Shown here: piece after piece, positions 27,482 to 37,547 of the stretch
Layout: every line of letters starts with the position of its first letter
How positions within the stretch are numbered: the first letter of the stretch is position 1
NCBI GenBank assembly: GCA_034437655.1
Contig: DAOTTU010000044.1
Location: forward strand, 265,584-329,583
DNA from: Anaerolineae bacterium
Lineage (GTDB): Bacteria; Chloroflexota; Anaerolineae; Aggregatilineales; J027
Direction of reading: 5' to 3'
DNA length: 64,000 bases
Notes under the pieces: generated by a model
The model's input: only the letters and a program-made list of their open reading frames with translations
What the model was told of the DNA's origin: nothing
The model's database searches: none
Made by a program: the position numbers and the translations under genes

Positions 27482-28621
27482 ATGACGTCGGTGTTCCTGC
27501 TGGTGGCACTGGTCACTGCAACGTCTGTGCCGCCACGCGACCACATTATCGCCCAACCGGGTGCGCCCTATCTACTGGCCACCACGACCGTTACCGATGA
27601 TGGATTTTTGCTCATTGATGTGGCAACGGGGGCAGTCCAAGCGCTGTCATTCGGCAATATAACGCATGTTTTTGGTGATTTTTCGCCAGATGGCTGCCAG
27701 ATTGTATTCAGCCTCGAACAACGTCCCAACAGTTACGATCTTTTTGTTGCCAATATTGACGGCTCTGGCTTACGACAGGTGATGTTTCCGGGTCGGTTGG
27801 CGGCCATAAACTACCGGGCCTTTGAGCCTGACTGGTCTCCCGATGGCACACGCATCGCCTTCACATTCATGCGCTATTATGACCCGCCCGACGAAGACCC
27901 TTACCGCCGTACCCATATTGCAACAGTACCAGCCACAGGTGGCGCACCAGATTTGTATTCCACCTCTGGATATGAGTTTAATCCGCGTTGGTCACCGGAT
28001 GGCAGTCAACTGGCTTATGTCTCTGAACAGCCGATTCTATTTGATACTGATGGTTCGCCTGTTGTCGTTGAAGAGGGTGATGAAGATGAGGTGCCGCGCT
28101 ACCCCGAAATATGGCTTGGCAACATCGCCGGGACTGAAAAACGTCGCCTCACCAACCTGGGCGAAATCGGTGCATTTAACCCGCGCTGGTCACCAGACGG
28201 CCGCTGGCTGGCGTATGTTATTCAACCCTACGAAAACAGTCATCGTCTACTGGTCAATAACCTTGAAACCGGCAGCATTCTGGCATTAAATCGCGATCTG
28301 GTTACGGTACTCGACTATGATTGGCGGCAGGACAGCGCACGTATTGCGGCGTCTATGCAAGGTATGCAAGATGTCCCACAAAATCGACTGTGGCAACTGA
28401 ATATTGTCCATCATGACGATACGAATGCGCGTCCGCTAGCGACAACAGAAGCCTATATGGACTATCCACGCTACTCGCCCGACGGCCGCTGGCTGGCATT
28501 GCGTAGCCAATATGAACTGACTGTGTTGCAAACGGGCAGCGACTCTATCCAGCATATGGGAATGCAGACCCGTCATAATAGTCCCCCGGCATGGTCTCCT
28601 GCATCATGTAACCATCCCTGA
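27482..28621 (+). CDS. TolB-like beta-propeller protein (PD40/WD40-like repeats), N-terminally anchored
   Basis: The ORF track start at 27431 overlaps the kinase gene. The ATG at 27482 gives MTSVFLLVALVTA. Repeats are FSPDGCQIVF, WSPDGTRIAF, WSPDGSQLAYVS, WSPDGRWLAYV and YSPDGRWLAL. Confidence 0.75.
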   Translation: MTSVFLLVALVTATSVPPRDHIIAQPGAPYLLATTTVTDDGFLLIDVATGAVQALSFGNITHVFGDFSPDGCQIVFSLEQRPNSYDLFVANIDGSGLRQVMFPGRLAAINYRAFEPDWSPDGTRIAFTFMRYYDPPDEDPYRRTHIATVPATGGAPDLYSTSGYEFNPRWSPDGSQLAYVSEQPILFDTDGSPVVVEEGDEDEVPRYPEIWLGNIAGTEKRRLTNLGEIGAFNPRWSPDGRWLAYVIQPYENSHRLLVNNLETGSILALNRDLVTVLDYDWRQDSARIAASMQGMQDVPQNRLWQLNIVHHDDTNARPLATTEAYMDYPRYSPDGRWLALRSQYELTVLQTGSDSIQHMGMQTRHNSPPAWSPASCNHP

Positions 28622-28729
28622 TAATCAATAATTGAAAAGCTATTTCGTCATTTGTCTACTGTTGGTTATAATGTAGATTGATTATTTATGAACCCATGAC
28701 ATCCAGTAGCCGCAGGAAAGGTCCAGGTC

Positions 28730-29731
28730 GTGCTTGACCGTCGCCCCAATATCTGGAAGCTACAAGCTAAAAAAGATACAAAAGGACTGATACAGGCCCT
28801 TCTGTACAGTGATCCCGACATTCGGAAGCGTGCAGCAGCAGCACTGCGGGTTCTTGGTGCGGTGGATGCCGTCTCCGCATTGCGTGAAGCTCTCAAAAGT
28901 GAGCGCCAACCTGATGTACGTGACCACCTGACGGCTGCCCTTGAACATCTGGACGCCTCTTTCGCTAAAACAGCCAGTAAAGACCGCAGCCGCGACGAAC
29001 TTGTCCGTGTTTTGCTGAGCAGTGACGATGCGAAAACACTCATTGAAACATCACACAAGTTAGGTGAATTGGGCGATCAATTGTCTACGGAAGCGTTAGT
29101 GACAGTCTTCCGCGATCAGCTTAAGCCAGACGAGGTGCGTCTGGCGGCTGCGTATGCGCTCATCAAGCTGAAAAGTGCGCCTTCAGTTGTCACATTGTTG
29201 GCAGGTTTGAAGAAGCAAAACTGGCGTGTGCGGCACAACTCGGCCGCTGTGCTTGGGCAATTGCGGGCGACATGGGCCACAGACGCGCTGATTGAAACGC
29301 TCAAAGATGAACACCCCAATGTTCGTTTAGCAGCAGCAGCAGCACTACATCGCTTTCAAACCAAGCGTGCCATGCAAGCTCTGGTTGCCTACCAAAAACG
29401 GCGCACTGGAAAAACCAAACCACTCCCACGTCGCCCCGAAGTTGTTCAGCGCCAGAAAAGTTCTAACAATGATAGTAAACGATTGCCAGAACCCCCGATC
29501 AAGCGCACACAGGTGTCAGAAGCTGGCAAACCCGATACAAATGTGGCGCCACCTTCTGAGCGCACCCCAACTCAGCAAAAACAAGCGGCCCAAACACAGC
29601 AAATACAACGCCCGGTTCGTGAATTGCGGGACGAAAAACGCACTACGCAGCAACTCAAGCCGCGCCTGCCGATTCCGCCCCAACTCAATGACAGTTCGAA
29701 CCCGGACGACAACCCATCACCCGATCAGTAA
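28730..29731 (+). CDS. HEAT-repeat (PBS-lyase-like) protein with a basic disordered C-terminal tail
   Basis: 333 aa with a GTG start. Repeats include DPDIRKRAAAALRVLG, NWRVRHNSAAVLGQL and HPNVRLAAAAALHRF. Confidence 0.65.
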   Translation: MLDRRPNIWKLQAKKDTKGLIQALLYSDPDIRKRAAAALRVLGAVDAVSALREALKSERQPDVRDHLTAALEHLDASFAKTASKDRSRDELVRVLLSSDDAKTLIETSHKLGELGDQLSTEALVTVFRDQLKPDEVRLAAAYALIKLKSAPSVVTLLAGLKKQNWRVRHNSAAVLGQLRATWATDALIETLKDEHPNVRLAAAAALHRFQTKRAMQALVAYQKRRTGKTKPLPRRPEVVQRQKSSNNDSKRLPEPPIKRTQVSEAGKPDTNVAPPSERTPTQQKQAAQTQQIQRPVRELRDEKRTTQQLKPRLPIPPQLNDSSNPDDNPSPDQ

Positions 29732-29756
29732 TCAGCCTACCGGGTAAAATTGCAAG

Positions 29757-29795
29757 AAAAAACCGACTCTGCTTGGAGACAGCGTCGGCGTTTTA
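29757..29795. terminator. Possible bidirectional terminator between the convergent HEAT and SPFH genes
   Basis: The sequence is AAAAAA-CCGACtCTG-loop-CAGcGTCGG-cgTTTT. The stem is short and imperfect. Confidence 0.4.
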
Positions 29796-29817
29796 GGTTG
29801 TGAATTGGCGTATGGTA

Positions 29818-30600
29818 TTAGCTGTTTTGCTGCGCAGCAGTCACCGCGCGTCCGGTATTGATCATGGTTTCGACCAGTTCCAGCGGTAACGGGAAGATAA
29901 TCGTAGAGTTGTTCTCAGCAGCGATTTCTGTCAGGGTTTGCAGGTACCGTAGCTGGAGCGCAATCGGTTCGTGTGACATCTGCGCGGCGGCTTCACGAAG
30001 CTGCATTGCGGCTTGCAACTCACCTTCAGCGTGGATGATCTTCGCACGGCGTTCGCGGTCAGCTTCTGCCTGGCGAGCCATCACACGTTGCATCACGGCC
30101 GGCAACTCAACGTCCTTGACCTCCACCAGCGTTACCTTCACGCCCCACGGGTCAGTCGCTTCGTCAATGATGTTTTGCAGTTCGTTATTGATGCGCTCAC
30201 GTTCCGACAGCAGGTCGTCCAGTTCAACCTGACCGACGACACTACGCATCGTGGTTTGGGCAATCTGTGCGGTACCGAGGTTATAGTTCTTGATTTGTAC
30301 CACGGCTTTGATGGGGTCCATCACGCGGTAGTAGACAATAGCATTCACGCGGATGGTCACATTGTCACGGGTAATGCAGTCCTGTGGCGGCACGTCGAGG
30401 GTGATGGTACGCAAGTCAACAACCTGCATCCGTTCCAGCCCGGGGATGATGAAAAACAGACCCGGTCCACGAGCCCCAACAACACGTCCTAAACGGAAGA
30501 TGACGCCTTTTTCATACTCAGAGACAATCCGTAGCCCGCTGAGCAGAATCAGGAACCCGAGAAATAAGAACGACCCACCACATACGAGTAAAACTTCCAC
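29818..30600 (-). CDS. SPFH/Band-7 (stomatin/slipin-like) membrane protein
   Basis: 260 aa. An N-terminal TM helix is followed by VSEYEKGVIFRLGR...TRDNVTIRVNAIVYYRV, typical of SPFH. Confidence 0.85.
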   Translation of the reverse strand: MEVLLVCGGSFLFLGFLILLSGLRIVSEYEKGVIFRLGRVVGARGPGLFFIIPGLERMQVVDLRTITLDVPPQDCITRDNVTIRVNAIVYYRVMDPIKAVVQIKNYNLGTAQIAQTTMRSVVGQVELDDLLSERERINNELQNIIDEATDPWGVKVTLVEVKDVELPAVMQRVMARQAEADRERRAKIIHAEGELQAAMQLREAAAQMSHEPIALQLRYLQTLTEIAAENNSTIIFPLPLELVETMINTGRAVTAAQQNS

Positions 30601-30806
30601 GGTCGTTTGTCCTTTCCTTCAATGATTAGCTGCTTTTATCTTATGTCGAAATTCAAGCCGACCGACACCCTAAACTTTAGAGTACTCACCACGGCGGCGA
30701 TACTTTCCTATTGTACCTTACCTGTGGCTACTTCGGGGCTGAAAAAGGGGCCGATTTCTGGCACAATGAACGCTGCAAAAAGTGTAAGACAGAGGATAGG
30801 GTTGTT

Positions 30807-32636
30807 ATGTCGCAGCAACGGTCTGCCCGCAGAGGGAAAATCTTCAGCGGTGATCTGGCGCGGGGGGTGCGTCTGCTCGCCTCACAAAAATGGTTCGCAA
30901 TAGGTGCCTACCTGAGCTTGATTGTTTCCAGTGCCAGCACAATTGTGATTCCGCTTTTGATCCGTACGATTATTGACGATGGTCTAAACCCGGATAATCC
31001 CACGCAAAGTGACGAAAGCCTTGTGGTGACGCTTGGTGTGGCGATGATCATTATTGCAGCGATTGGCGGCGTGTTCACGTTTTTGCAGGGTTATCTTGCA
31101 GAGCGGGCCAGCCAGTGGGTTGCCTTCGATTTACGCAATACCCTTTACGAAAAAATACAGACGCTCTCTTTCAGTTATCATGACCGCGCCCAAACCGGCC
31201 AGTTGATGACGCGCGCCACCAGTGACGTTGAGTTATTGCGAAATTTCATCGGGCAGGGTCTGCTGTTGCTCATTAACTCAATCTTGTTGCTGGTAGGTAT
31301 CACGGTGGTGTTGTTGCTGCTCAACTGGCAATTGACGTTGATCGTCATACCCGCCCTGTTGCTGATGGCGGGGGTGTTCGCAATTTTCGCCAAGCGAGTG
31401 CGGCCACTGTTCCGCGAAATTCAAGAGCGACTGGGTATCTTCAACACAATTCTGCAAGAAAACCTGACAGGGATTCGGGTAGTGAAAGCCTTCAGCCGCG
31501 AACCTTATGAACGTGAACGCTTCACGTCGGCCAACGTCAACCTCCGTGACGCCAGCCTGAAGTCGAGCAAGGTGCTTGGCTCGGTGTTTCCGATGGCTTT
31601 TGCGATTGCTGAAGTCGCACTGGTCATTGTGGTCTGGGTTGGTGGGTTGCTGGTGATTGATGGTAACTTACGACTTGGTGAATTGACCGCATTCACAACC
31701 TATCTGGCGCTGTTGCTGATTCCCGTCGCACAGCTTGGCTTCATCATCGCCTCAGCCAGCCAGGCCGCGGCCAGCGCAACCCGTATCTTTAGCATTGTAG
31801 ATACCCAGAACGACATCATAGACAAGCCCGGTGCAGTTACGCTGGACGATGCACGCGGTCAGGTGGCTTTTGAAAACGTCTCGTTTCGTTATTTCAGTAG
31901 CGGGGAGGACGTACTCTCTGAACTGAGTTTCACGGCGGAACCCGGGGAGACGGTCGCCTTGCTGGGTGAAACCGGGAGCGGCAAGAGTACGGTGATCAAT
32001 CTCATCCCACGCTTCTATGACCCGACAGCCGGCGCGGTGACGTTGGATGACCACGACCTGCGCGACATTAAGCTCGAAAGTCTGCGCAAGCAAATCGGTA
32101 TCGTGTTGCAAGAAACACGCCTGTTTACAGGTACCGTTCGCGACAATATCGCTTACGGCAAGCCTGATGCCACCGACGAGGAGATTATCGCTGCTGCTGA
32201 GGCGGCTGCTGCCCATGATTTCATTATGGGCTTTCCTAACGGTTACGATACCAAAGTCGGGGAACGTGGTGTAACGCTTTCTGGTGGCCAAAAGCAACGT
32301 ATCGCCATCGCCCGTGCTTTGATTCTCAGCCCTAAAGTGTTGATTCTAGACGACAGTACCAGCAGTGTTGACGTTCAAACGGAATATCATATTCAGCAGG
32401 CACTCGATCGTCTGATGGAAGGGCGTACCAGCTTTGTGATTGCGCAGCGGATCAGCACTGTGCTTAACGCGGACAAAATTATCGTGCTGGATAAAGGCAA
32501 ACTCGTGGCGCAGGGTACACACGCCCAATTGCTGGAAACCAACCCCATTTACGCTGAAATCTATCACTCACAACTGGTCGAAGATGTTACCGAAACCAGC
32601 ACCACTACCGCACCTAGTTTGCAGCCACAGGAGTAA
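30807..32636 (+). CDS. ABC exporter, fused permease-ATPase (half transporter 1 of a probable heterodimer)
   Basis: The ORF track gives 30711..32636. The ATG at 30807 follows a GAGGA-like RBS. Walker A is GETGSGKST, the signature is LSGGQKQR and Walker B is LILDD. Confidence 0.85.
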   Translation: MSQQRSARRGKIFSGDLARGVRLLASQKWFAIGAYLSLIVSSASTIVIPLLIRTIIDDGLNPDNPTQSDESLVVTLGVAMIIIAAIGGVFTFLQGYLAERASQWVAFDLRNTLYEKIQTLSFSYHDRAQTGQLMTRATSDVELLRNFIGQGLLLLINSILLLVGITVVLLLLNWQLTLIVIPALLLMAGVFAIFAKRVRPLFREIQERLGIFNTILQENLTGIRVVKAFSREPYERERFTSANVNLRDASLKSSKVLGSVFPMAFAIAEVALVIVVWVGGLLVIDGNLRLGELTAFTTYLALLLIPVAQLGFIIASASQAAASATRIFSIVDTQNDIIDKPGAVTLDDARGQVAFENVSFRYFSSGEDVLSELSFTAEPGETVALLGETGSGKSTVINLIPRFYDPTAGAVTLDDHDLRDIKLESLRKQIGIVLQETRLFTGTVRDNIAYGKPDATDEEIIAAAEAAAAHDFIMGFPNGYDTKVGERGVTLSGGQKQRIAIARALILSPKVLILDDSTSSVDVQTEYHIQQALDRLMEGRTSFVIAQRISTVLNADKIIVLDKGKLVAQGTHAQLLETNPIYAEIYHSQLVEDVTETSTTTAPSLQPQE

Positions 32637-32642
32637 ACCCCT

Positions 32643-34529
32643 ATGATGCGTCGTGACATCTTAGAACGTGAAGTCCGTAAAGCTGAATTTGCGCAGCAGT
32701 CACTTCAGCGACTTGGACGCTATTTTGCGCCGTATAAAACCACGCTGTATTTTGTTGGTGCGTTGATTTTGCTGACAACCGGCTTGCAACTGTTCGTGCC
32801 ATACCTCATCGGCCAGACCATTGACTGTTTTGTCACACCGGGGATTGGCGACGCTGATTCAAGTTGCCAGTTAGTGTCTGACCCACAAGAACCTGACACA
32901 GGAGCGCTTAGTGTCATGGCGGTGGTGATGGTGGGAATGAATATCATTGCTGCTGTTGGTAATGGTTTTCTGTTGTATTTAATGGCCTATGCCGGGCAAC
33001 AGGTGCTGACCCAACTGCGTAGTGATGTCTTTGACCGCATTCACAGCCTCAACCTCGGCTATTACGACAAAAACCCGGCTGGTGATATTATGAGCCGCCT
33101 GACCAATGACGCCGACCAGATTGCCACTGCTGTGAATTTCGGACTGGTGCGCGTGGGGAGTCAGATACTGACACTATTCGGTAGTCTGGTGGTCATGTTC
33201 ATCATTCACCCACCACTGGCGATATTCTCAACCTTCGTGGTGCCGATCATGCTGGCGACAACCTTCCTGTTTGCACGCTGGGCCCGGGCAGCTTTCCGGA
33301 AGACGCGCCTCGAAATGGGTGAAGTCAACGCCGACTTGCAAGAAAGTATTTCTGGTGTGCGCGAGGCTCAGGCATTCGGCCGCGAAGGCGAAAACATTCA
33401 ACGCTTCCGAGAGCGCAACGCTGCCAACCGTGACGCCAACATTCGCGCTGTGACGATTACCAGTGGGCTGCAACCGATGCTCAATCTGCTCGGCGTCATT
33501 GGGCAAGCGATGATTATCGGGCTTGGTAGTCTGTGGGCCATTCGCGGCGACGCGGTGCTTGGCTACCCGGTGACAATTGGGGTGCTGATCGCGTTTTTGG
33601 TCTATTTACAACGTCTGTATCAACCCGTGCGCATCATTGGTCAGTTATGGGCGCAGATTCAATCGGCACTTGCCGGGGCAGAGCGTATGTTTATGTTAAT
33701 CGATGAGCATCCAGAACTCGAAGACAAACCTGCTGCCACCGCACTGCCAGACATTAAAGGGCATATCCGCTATGAGAATGTTCATTTTCACTATATCCCC
33801 GACGAACCCGTGTTGCGCGGCGTGGACTTTGAGATTCAACCCGGGCAAACTATCGCCATTGTAGGGCCAACCGGGGCGGGTAAAACCAGCATCGTCAGTT
33901 TGTTGGGGCGGTTCTATGATGTCAATGAAGGGCGTATCTTGATTGACGGGCATGATCTGCGCGATGTGACGCAGTCTAGCCTGCGCAAGCAAGTTGGTAT
34001 CGTATTGCAAGACAACTTTCTATGGTCGGATACAATTGCGAATAATATTCGCTACGGTAATCTGAACGCTAGCGAGGAAGACGTGATTAATGCGGCAAAA
34101 CTCGCCCGTGCGCACGATTTTATTGAACGTATGGCGGAGGGTTACGAAACAGTCCTGGGTGAACGTGGCGCTGGCTTGAGCCTCGGTCAACGTCAATTAA
34201 TTGCAATTGCCCGTGCTGCGCTCAGTGATCCGCGTATTCTGATTCTAGACGAAGCAACTTCTAACGTCGATACGCGCACTGAAAAGCTGATTCAGTCGGC
34301 ACTGGATGATCTAATGGCTAATCGCACCAGTCTGGTGATTGCGCACCGCCTGAGTACCATCCGTAACGCTGACCGGGTGCTGGTTGTGGTTGCCGGGCAG
34401 GTGGTTGAGTCTGGTAAGCATGAAGAGCTGCTCGAAAAACAGGGCACATACTACGACCTCTACATGAGCCAATTCCGCTATGAAGAACAACCCACCACAG
34501 AGCAACCTGCATCGGTTGGCGCAGACTAG
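32643..34529 (+). CDS. ABC exporter, fused permease-ATPase (half transporter 2)
   Basis: 628 aa. Motifs are GPTGAGKTS, LSLGQRQL and LILDEATS. It starts 6 nt after the previous stop. Confidence 0.85.
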   Translation: MMRRDILEREVRKAEFAQQSLQRLGRYFAPYKTTLYFVGALILLTTGLQLFVPYLIGQTIDCFVTPGIGDADSSCQLVSDPQEPDTGALSVMAVVMVGMNIIAAVGNGFLLYLMAYAGQQVLTQLRSDVFDRIHSLNLGYYDKNPAGDIMSRLTNDADQIATAVNFGLVRVGSQILTLFGSLVVMFIIHPPLAIFSTFVVPIMLATTFLFARWARAAFRKTRLEMGEVNADLQESISGVREAQAFGREGENIQRFRERNAANRDANIRAVTITSGLQPMLNLLGVIGQAMIIGLGSLWAIRGDAVLGYPVTIGVLIAFLVYLQRLYQPVRIIGQLWAQIQSALAGAERMFMLIDEHPELEDKPAATALPDIKGHIRYENVHFHYIPDEPVLRGVDFEIQPGQTIAIVGPTGAGKTSIVSLLGRFYDVNEGRILIDGHDLRDVTQSSLRKQVGIVLQDNFLWSDTIANNIRYGNLNASEEDVINAAKLARAHDFIERMAEGYETVLGERGAGLSLGQRQLIAIARAALSDPRILILDEATSNVDTRTEKLIQSALDDLMANRTSLVIAHRLSTIRNADRVLVVVAGQVVESGKHEELLEKQGTYYDLYMSQFRYEEQPTTEQPASVGAD

Positions 34530-34614
34530 CCGGGCCTATGAGTTGCTGGATAAGGTGCATCCAGGTATGATGACAATAACACATCACAGTGAAATGATAT
34601 AAAAGGCGCGGCAC

Positions 34615-35736
34615 TTGAGAGACAAACGCCCCGTTGATGAACTTTCAATTGAAGAACTAGAGCGCATTCTTGCCGTCAAGAAGCGTGAGCAACGCATTGC
34701 CCGCTCTGAACGTTACCGCAACCGTGGGCGGGTACTGGAAACGCCACCACAGGCCGCCTCTACTCTTGAGGAAGCATCAGCAACACAACATGTGTCCGAG
34801 GCTGATGCTGTAGAAGCGCAGGTGCCCGAACAATTGCCCGCGACCGTTGCTAACAACGGGGAAAATAACCTGCCGCAGCCTTATGGCAATACCGATGTGG
34901 CACCCCTTCAAACAGACGAAGACTTTGCCACGGTAGGATTTGTGGATGATATGCCGCGCCATACTGACCCGTCAGAGTTTTGGAAACGAGTGGCAAGTTG
35001 GGGGCTGCTGGCTTTGGAAATTGTAGCTGTGCTTGCACTGGGATATGTCTTGTTCCGTGGGTTCACCGGGCTAGAAGAAATCCGCGACAACACCGACCAG
35101 ACACAGCAAGAACTCTCAGCAGCGCAGTCTGCTCGATCATCGACCTCAACGCCTGTTCCCGACATTTCGCCCTACCAGCTTGTTATTCCGGGGGGGCATG
35201 TCTACGATCCCAGCAACCCGTCATTCAATCGCGATGAACTTGAGCAAGTCTTGAATCAGAATAATATCCCCCGCAATCAGCGGTCGGCTCTTGTTCAACG
35301 TGCGCAGGTGCGCAATATTTCCTATGATACGCCACCACGACCATCTGACCCGGTGTTGATTGATATACCCAGCATTGGTCTTAATCGCAGCACCATTGAT
35401 AAAGGCGCAGATTGGGCAACATTGCAAGCTGGACTGGGCTGGTTTCAGAACGGTGCAGACCTGTCGTCTGGCGGTAATATCGTTATTATTGGGCACAACG
35501 ATATCTATGGTGAGCTTTTCCGCGAGTTACCCTCGTTGGAACCGGGAGACGAAATTACACTTCAAGATAGCAGTGGCCGCGAGTATACTTACCGCGTGAC
35601 ATTTGAACAGCAGGTTGAACCCGACGCAGTGCAAGTGCTAGATCGTAACTCTGGTGCAGACCTGACTCTGATTACCTGTTATCCGTATCGGGTCAACACA
35701 CATCGCTGGATTGTATACGCAGAACAAGTGAGATAA
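34615..35736 (+). CDS. Sortase-family transpeptidase with a roughly 125-aa cytoplasmic N-terminal extension
   Basis: 373 aa with a TTG start. The TM helix is WGLLALEIVAVLALGYVLF. Catalytic contexts are IIGHND (His), LTLITCYP (Cys) and HRWIVYA (Arg). Confidence 0.8.
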   Translation: MRDKRPVDELSIEELERILAVKKREQRIARSERYRNRGRVLETPPQAASTLEEASATQHVSEADAVEAQVPEQLPATVANNGENNLPQPYGNTDVAPLQTDEDFATVGFVDDMPRHTDPSEFWKRVASWGLLALEIVAVLALGYVLFRGFTGLEEIRDNTDQTQQELSAAQSARSSTSTPVPDISPYQLVIPGGHVYDPSNPSFNRDELEQVLNQNNIPRNQRSALVQRAQVRNISYDTPPRPSDPVLIDIPSIGLNRSTIDKGADWATLQAGLGWFQNGADLSSGGNIVIIGHNDIYGELFRELPSLEPGDEITLQDSSGREYTYRVTFEQQVEPDAVQVLDRNSGADLTLITCYPYRVNTHRWIVYAEQVR

Positions 35737-35743
35737 TCACCGT

Positions 35744-36139
35744 ATGGCGAAGAAAAAACGTAGAAAACCGAATCTTTCTGCCGAGGCGCTCGAACGTGCC
35801 CGCCGCGAACTCCGTGGCGAAACGGTAGAACAGCCTGAAACCAAACAGCCACAAAAACCAGCACGTAAGACTCCACAGCAAGCTGGTACAGCGCCGGACG
35901 AGCAACCAACCCCGGTGGCTACAGCGACACCAGCACCAACAACGGCACAACCGGCCGCCAAACCGCGTCCGGCAGCTCGTCAGGAACAGACGCTGGGCAC
36001 CAAGCGCACCATGTCTCGGCAGGAGTTAGCAGCCGAGTATGGCTATGTCATCAATGACCTGACCAGTATGGCCATTTTGGCGGTCATTCTATTTATTGCG
36101 ATGGTCGCAGTTTCATTGATGCTGGATCAGATTATCTAA
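35744..36139 (+). CDS. Small tail-anchored protein with a basic/Pro-rich N-terminal region, function unknown
   Basis: 131 aa. The N-terminus reads MAKKKRRKPN. A single C-terminal helix reads MAILAVILFIAMVAVSLML. It starts 7 nt after the sortase stop. Confidence 0.55.
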   Translation: MAKKKRRKPNLSAEALERARRELRGETVEQPETKQPQKPARKTPQQAGTAPDEQPTPVATATPAPTTAQPAAKPRPAARQEQTLGTKRTMSRQELAAEYGYVINDLTSMAILAVILFIAMVAVSLMLDQII

Positions 36140-36160
36140 GCAGGTATTTGGCCTGATCTG

Positions 36161-37219
36161 CTAGGGCTTGGCGAGGTTATCGGCAGGGCGTGCAAAGTAC
36201 ATCTTACCGCCCTGACTGATAATGTAACGAGTGATGACGACAGGAATGGTGCGGTCGCGGTATTCGCGTCCGTTTTCAACGACGACCATCGTACCGTCGA
36301 TCAAATAGCCGATCCCTTGTTTTTCCTCTTTCCCTTCCTGAATGATATGCAGATTAATCGTCTCTTCTGGAAGATAAATAGGACGCATCGCCAGTGCAAG
36401 CTCATTGACATTGAGTGTTTCAATACCGCGCAACCGTGCAATTTCTTGCAGGGGCTTGTCATTGGTCAGGATAGGCACATCGTCGCGATCTTTTGCCAGG
36501 GCGACAAGCATCTCATCCACACCTTCACCATCTTCTGGGATTTCGTCAATGATTTCGGTCACAAGCTGACTTTCCTGGCGTAGTTGATTCAAAATATCCA
36601 GCCCATGTCGTCCGCGCCGCCGGATCTGCATATCACTTGAATCTGCAAGTTGTTGTAACTCACGAATAACAAATTGCGGAATCAGTAGTTTGAAGCGCAG
36701 AAATCCGGTTTTAGCGATGTCAAGAATACGACCATCAATGATAACGCTGGTGTCAATAAGCACGTCGCCGGCGATGATGGCCGGGTTTAAGAGTTCGCCT
36801 CGGGCTAATGCACGTAATGTGCCAAACAGGTCTGCGGCACGGACACCAAACAAAGTGGCGCTGATGTAGGCTGAGAATATTGCGATCACGGCTGGTAGAT
36901 ATTGTCCGGCTGGACGCGGCAACAGTGATAATGGATAAGCAATGAGGGCGGCTGCTAATAGCCCTAAGACGAGCCCCAGCATAGACGTCAAAAGTTGATC
37001 GGGGCTACTTTCAAGTAGTAAGCGCTGAATACTTGCAGCCGGGCGGGTTGTGACCCACGGGGTAATAATAAGACCGCTGAGCGCGCCTGCAATGAAGAAT
37101 AACATCGTACTTGACGCACTGGGCAGGTTGATCGCGTCGGCAATGTCATTGCCAATAGTGGCTCCCACTGCTGCCAGCACGGTCATCCCCAACGTGCGAA
37201 AGAAAAATTCCAGTGACAT
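36161..37219 (-). CDS. PIN and TRAM domain membrane protein (YacL-like)
   Basis: The ORF track gives 36161..37336. The ATG at 37219 gives MSLEFFFRTLGMTVLAAV. The N-terminus has TM helices. The PIN core reads LIDTSVIIDGRILDI...LLIPQFVIRELQ, and a TRAM-like beta region closes the protein. Confidence 0.75.
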   Translation of the reverse strand: MSLEFFFRTLGMTVLAAVGATIGNDIADAINLPSASSTMLFFIAGALSGLIITPWVTTRPAASIQRLLLESSPDQLLTSMLGLVLGLLAAALIAYPLSLLPRPAGQYLPAVIAIFSAYISATLFGVRAADLFGTLRALARGELLNPAIIAGDVLIDTSVIIDGRILDIAKTGFLRFKLLIPQFVIRELQQLADSSDMQIRRRGRHGLDILNQLRQESQLVTEIIDEIPEDGEGVDEMLVALAKDRDDVPILTNDKPLQEIARLRGIETLNVNELALAMRPIYLPEETINLHIIQEGKEEKQGIGYLIDGTMVVVENGREYRDRTIPVVITRYIISQGGKMYFARPADNLAKP

Positions 37220-37547
37220 TATCGAATAGACCTCCTGAATGGTGGTGCTACCTGCACAATAAAAAGGTGCGGCAGGTGTAAACGCTGGGGCTATGCTGGA
37301 TGAACAGCAGATAAAGGTTGCTGCCTGGAAACTCATCAGTAAGCCTGTGTATCGTTTACGGCACCGTCTCTGGTATGTTATTTGGGTTGTTGATAAAGGA
37401 GATTTCGTTACCTAATGCCTTAGCAACAACTAATGAGCGCATATTTCTGTTAACTTTTGAGTATACTATTGAGCATCGCGAAAAAGCAAGAAATTCTCAA
37501 AGTGTGCTATACTCTACCTTAACCTCAAGAAACGGAAGGAAAGGCAC

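Noticed and set aside
34530-34614. 10-codon mini-ORF (MSCWIRCIQV) between the ABC exporter and the sortase as a possible RiPP/leader peptide
   Set aside because: It has no RBS, is very short, and has no modification-enzyme genes nearby. It is not distinguishable from chance.
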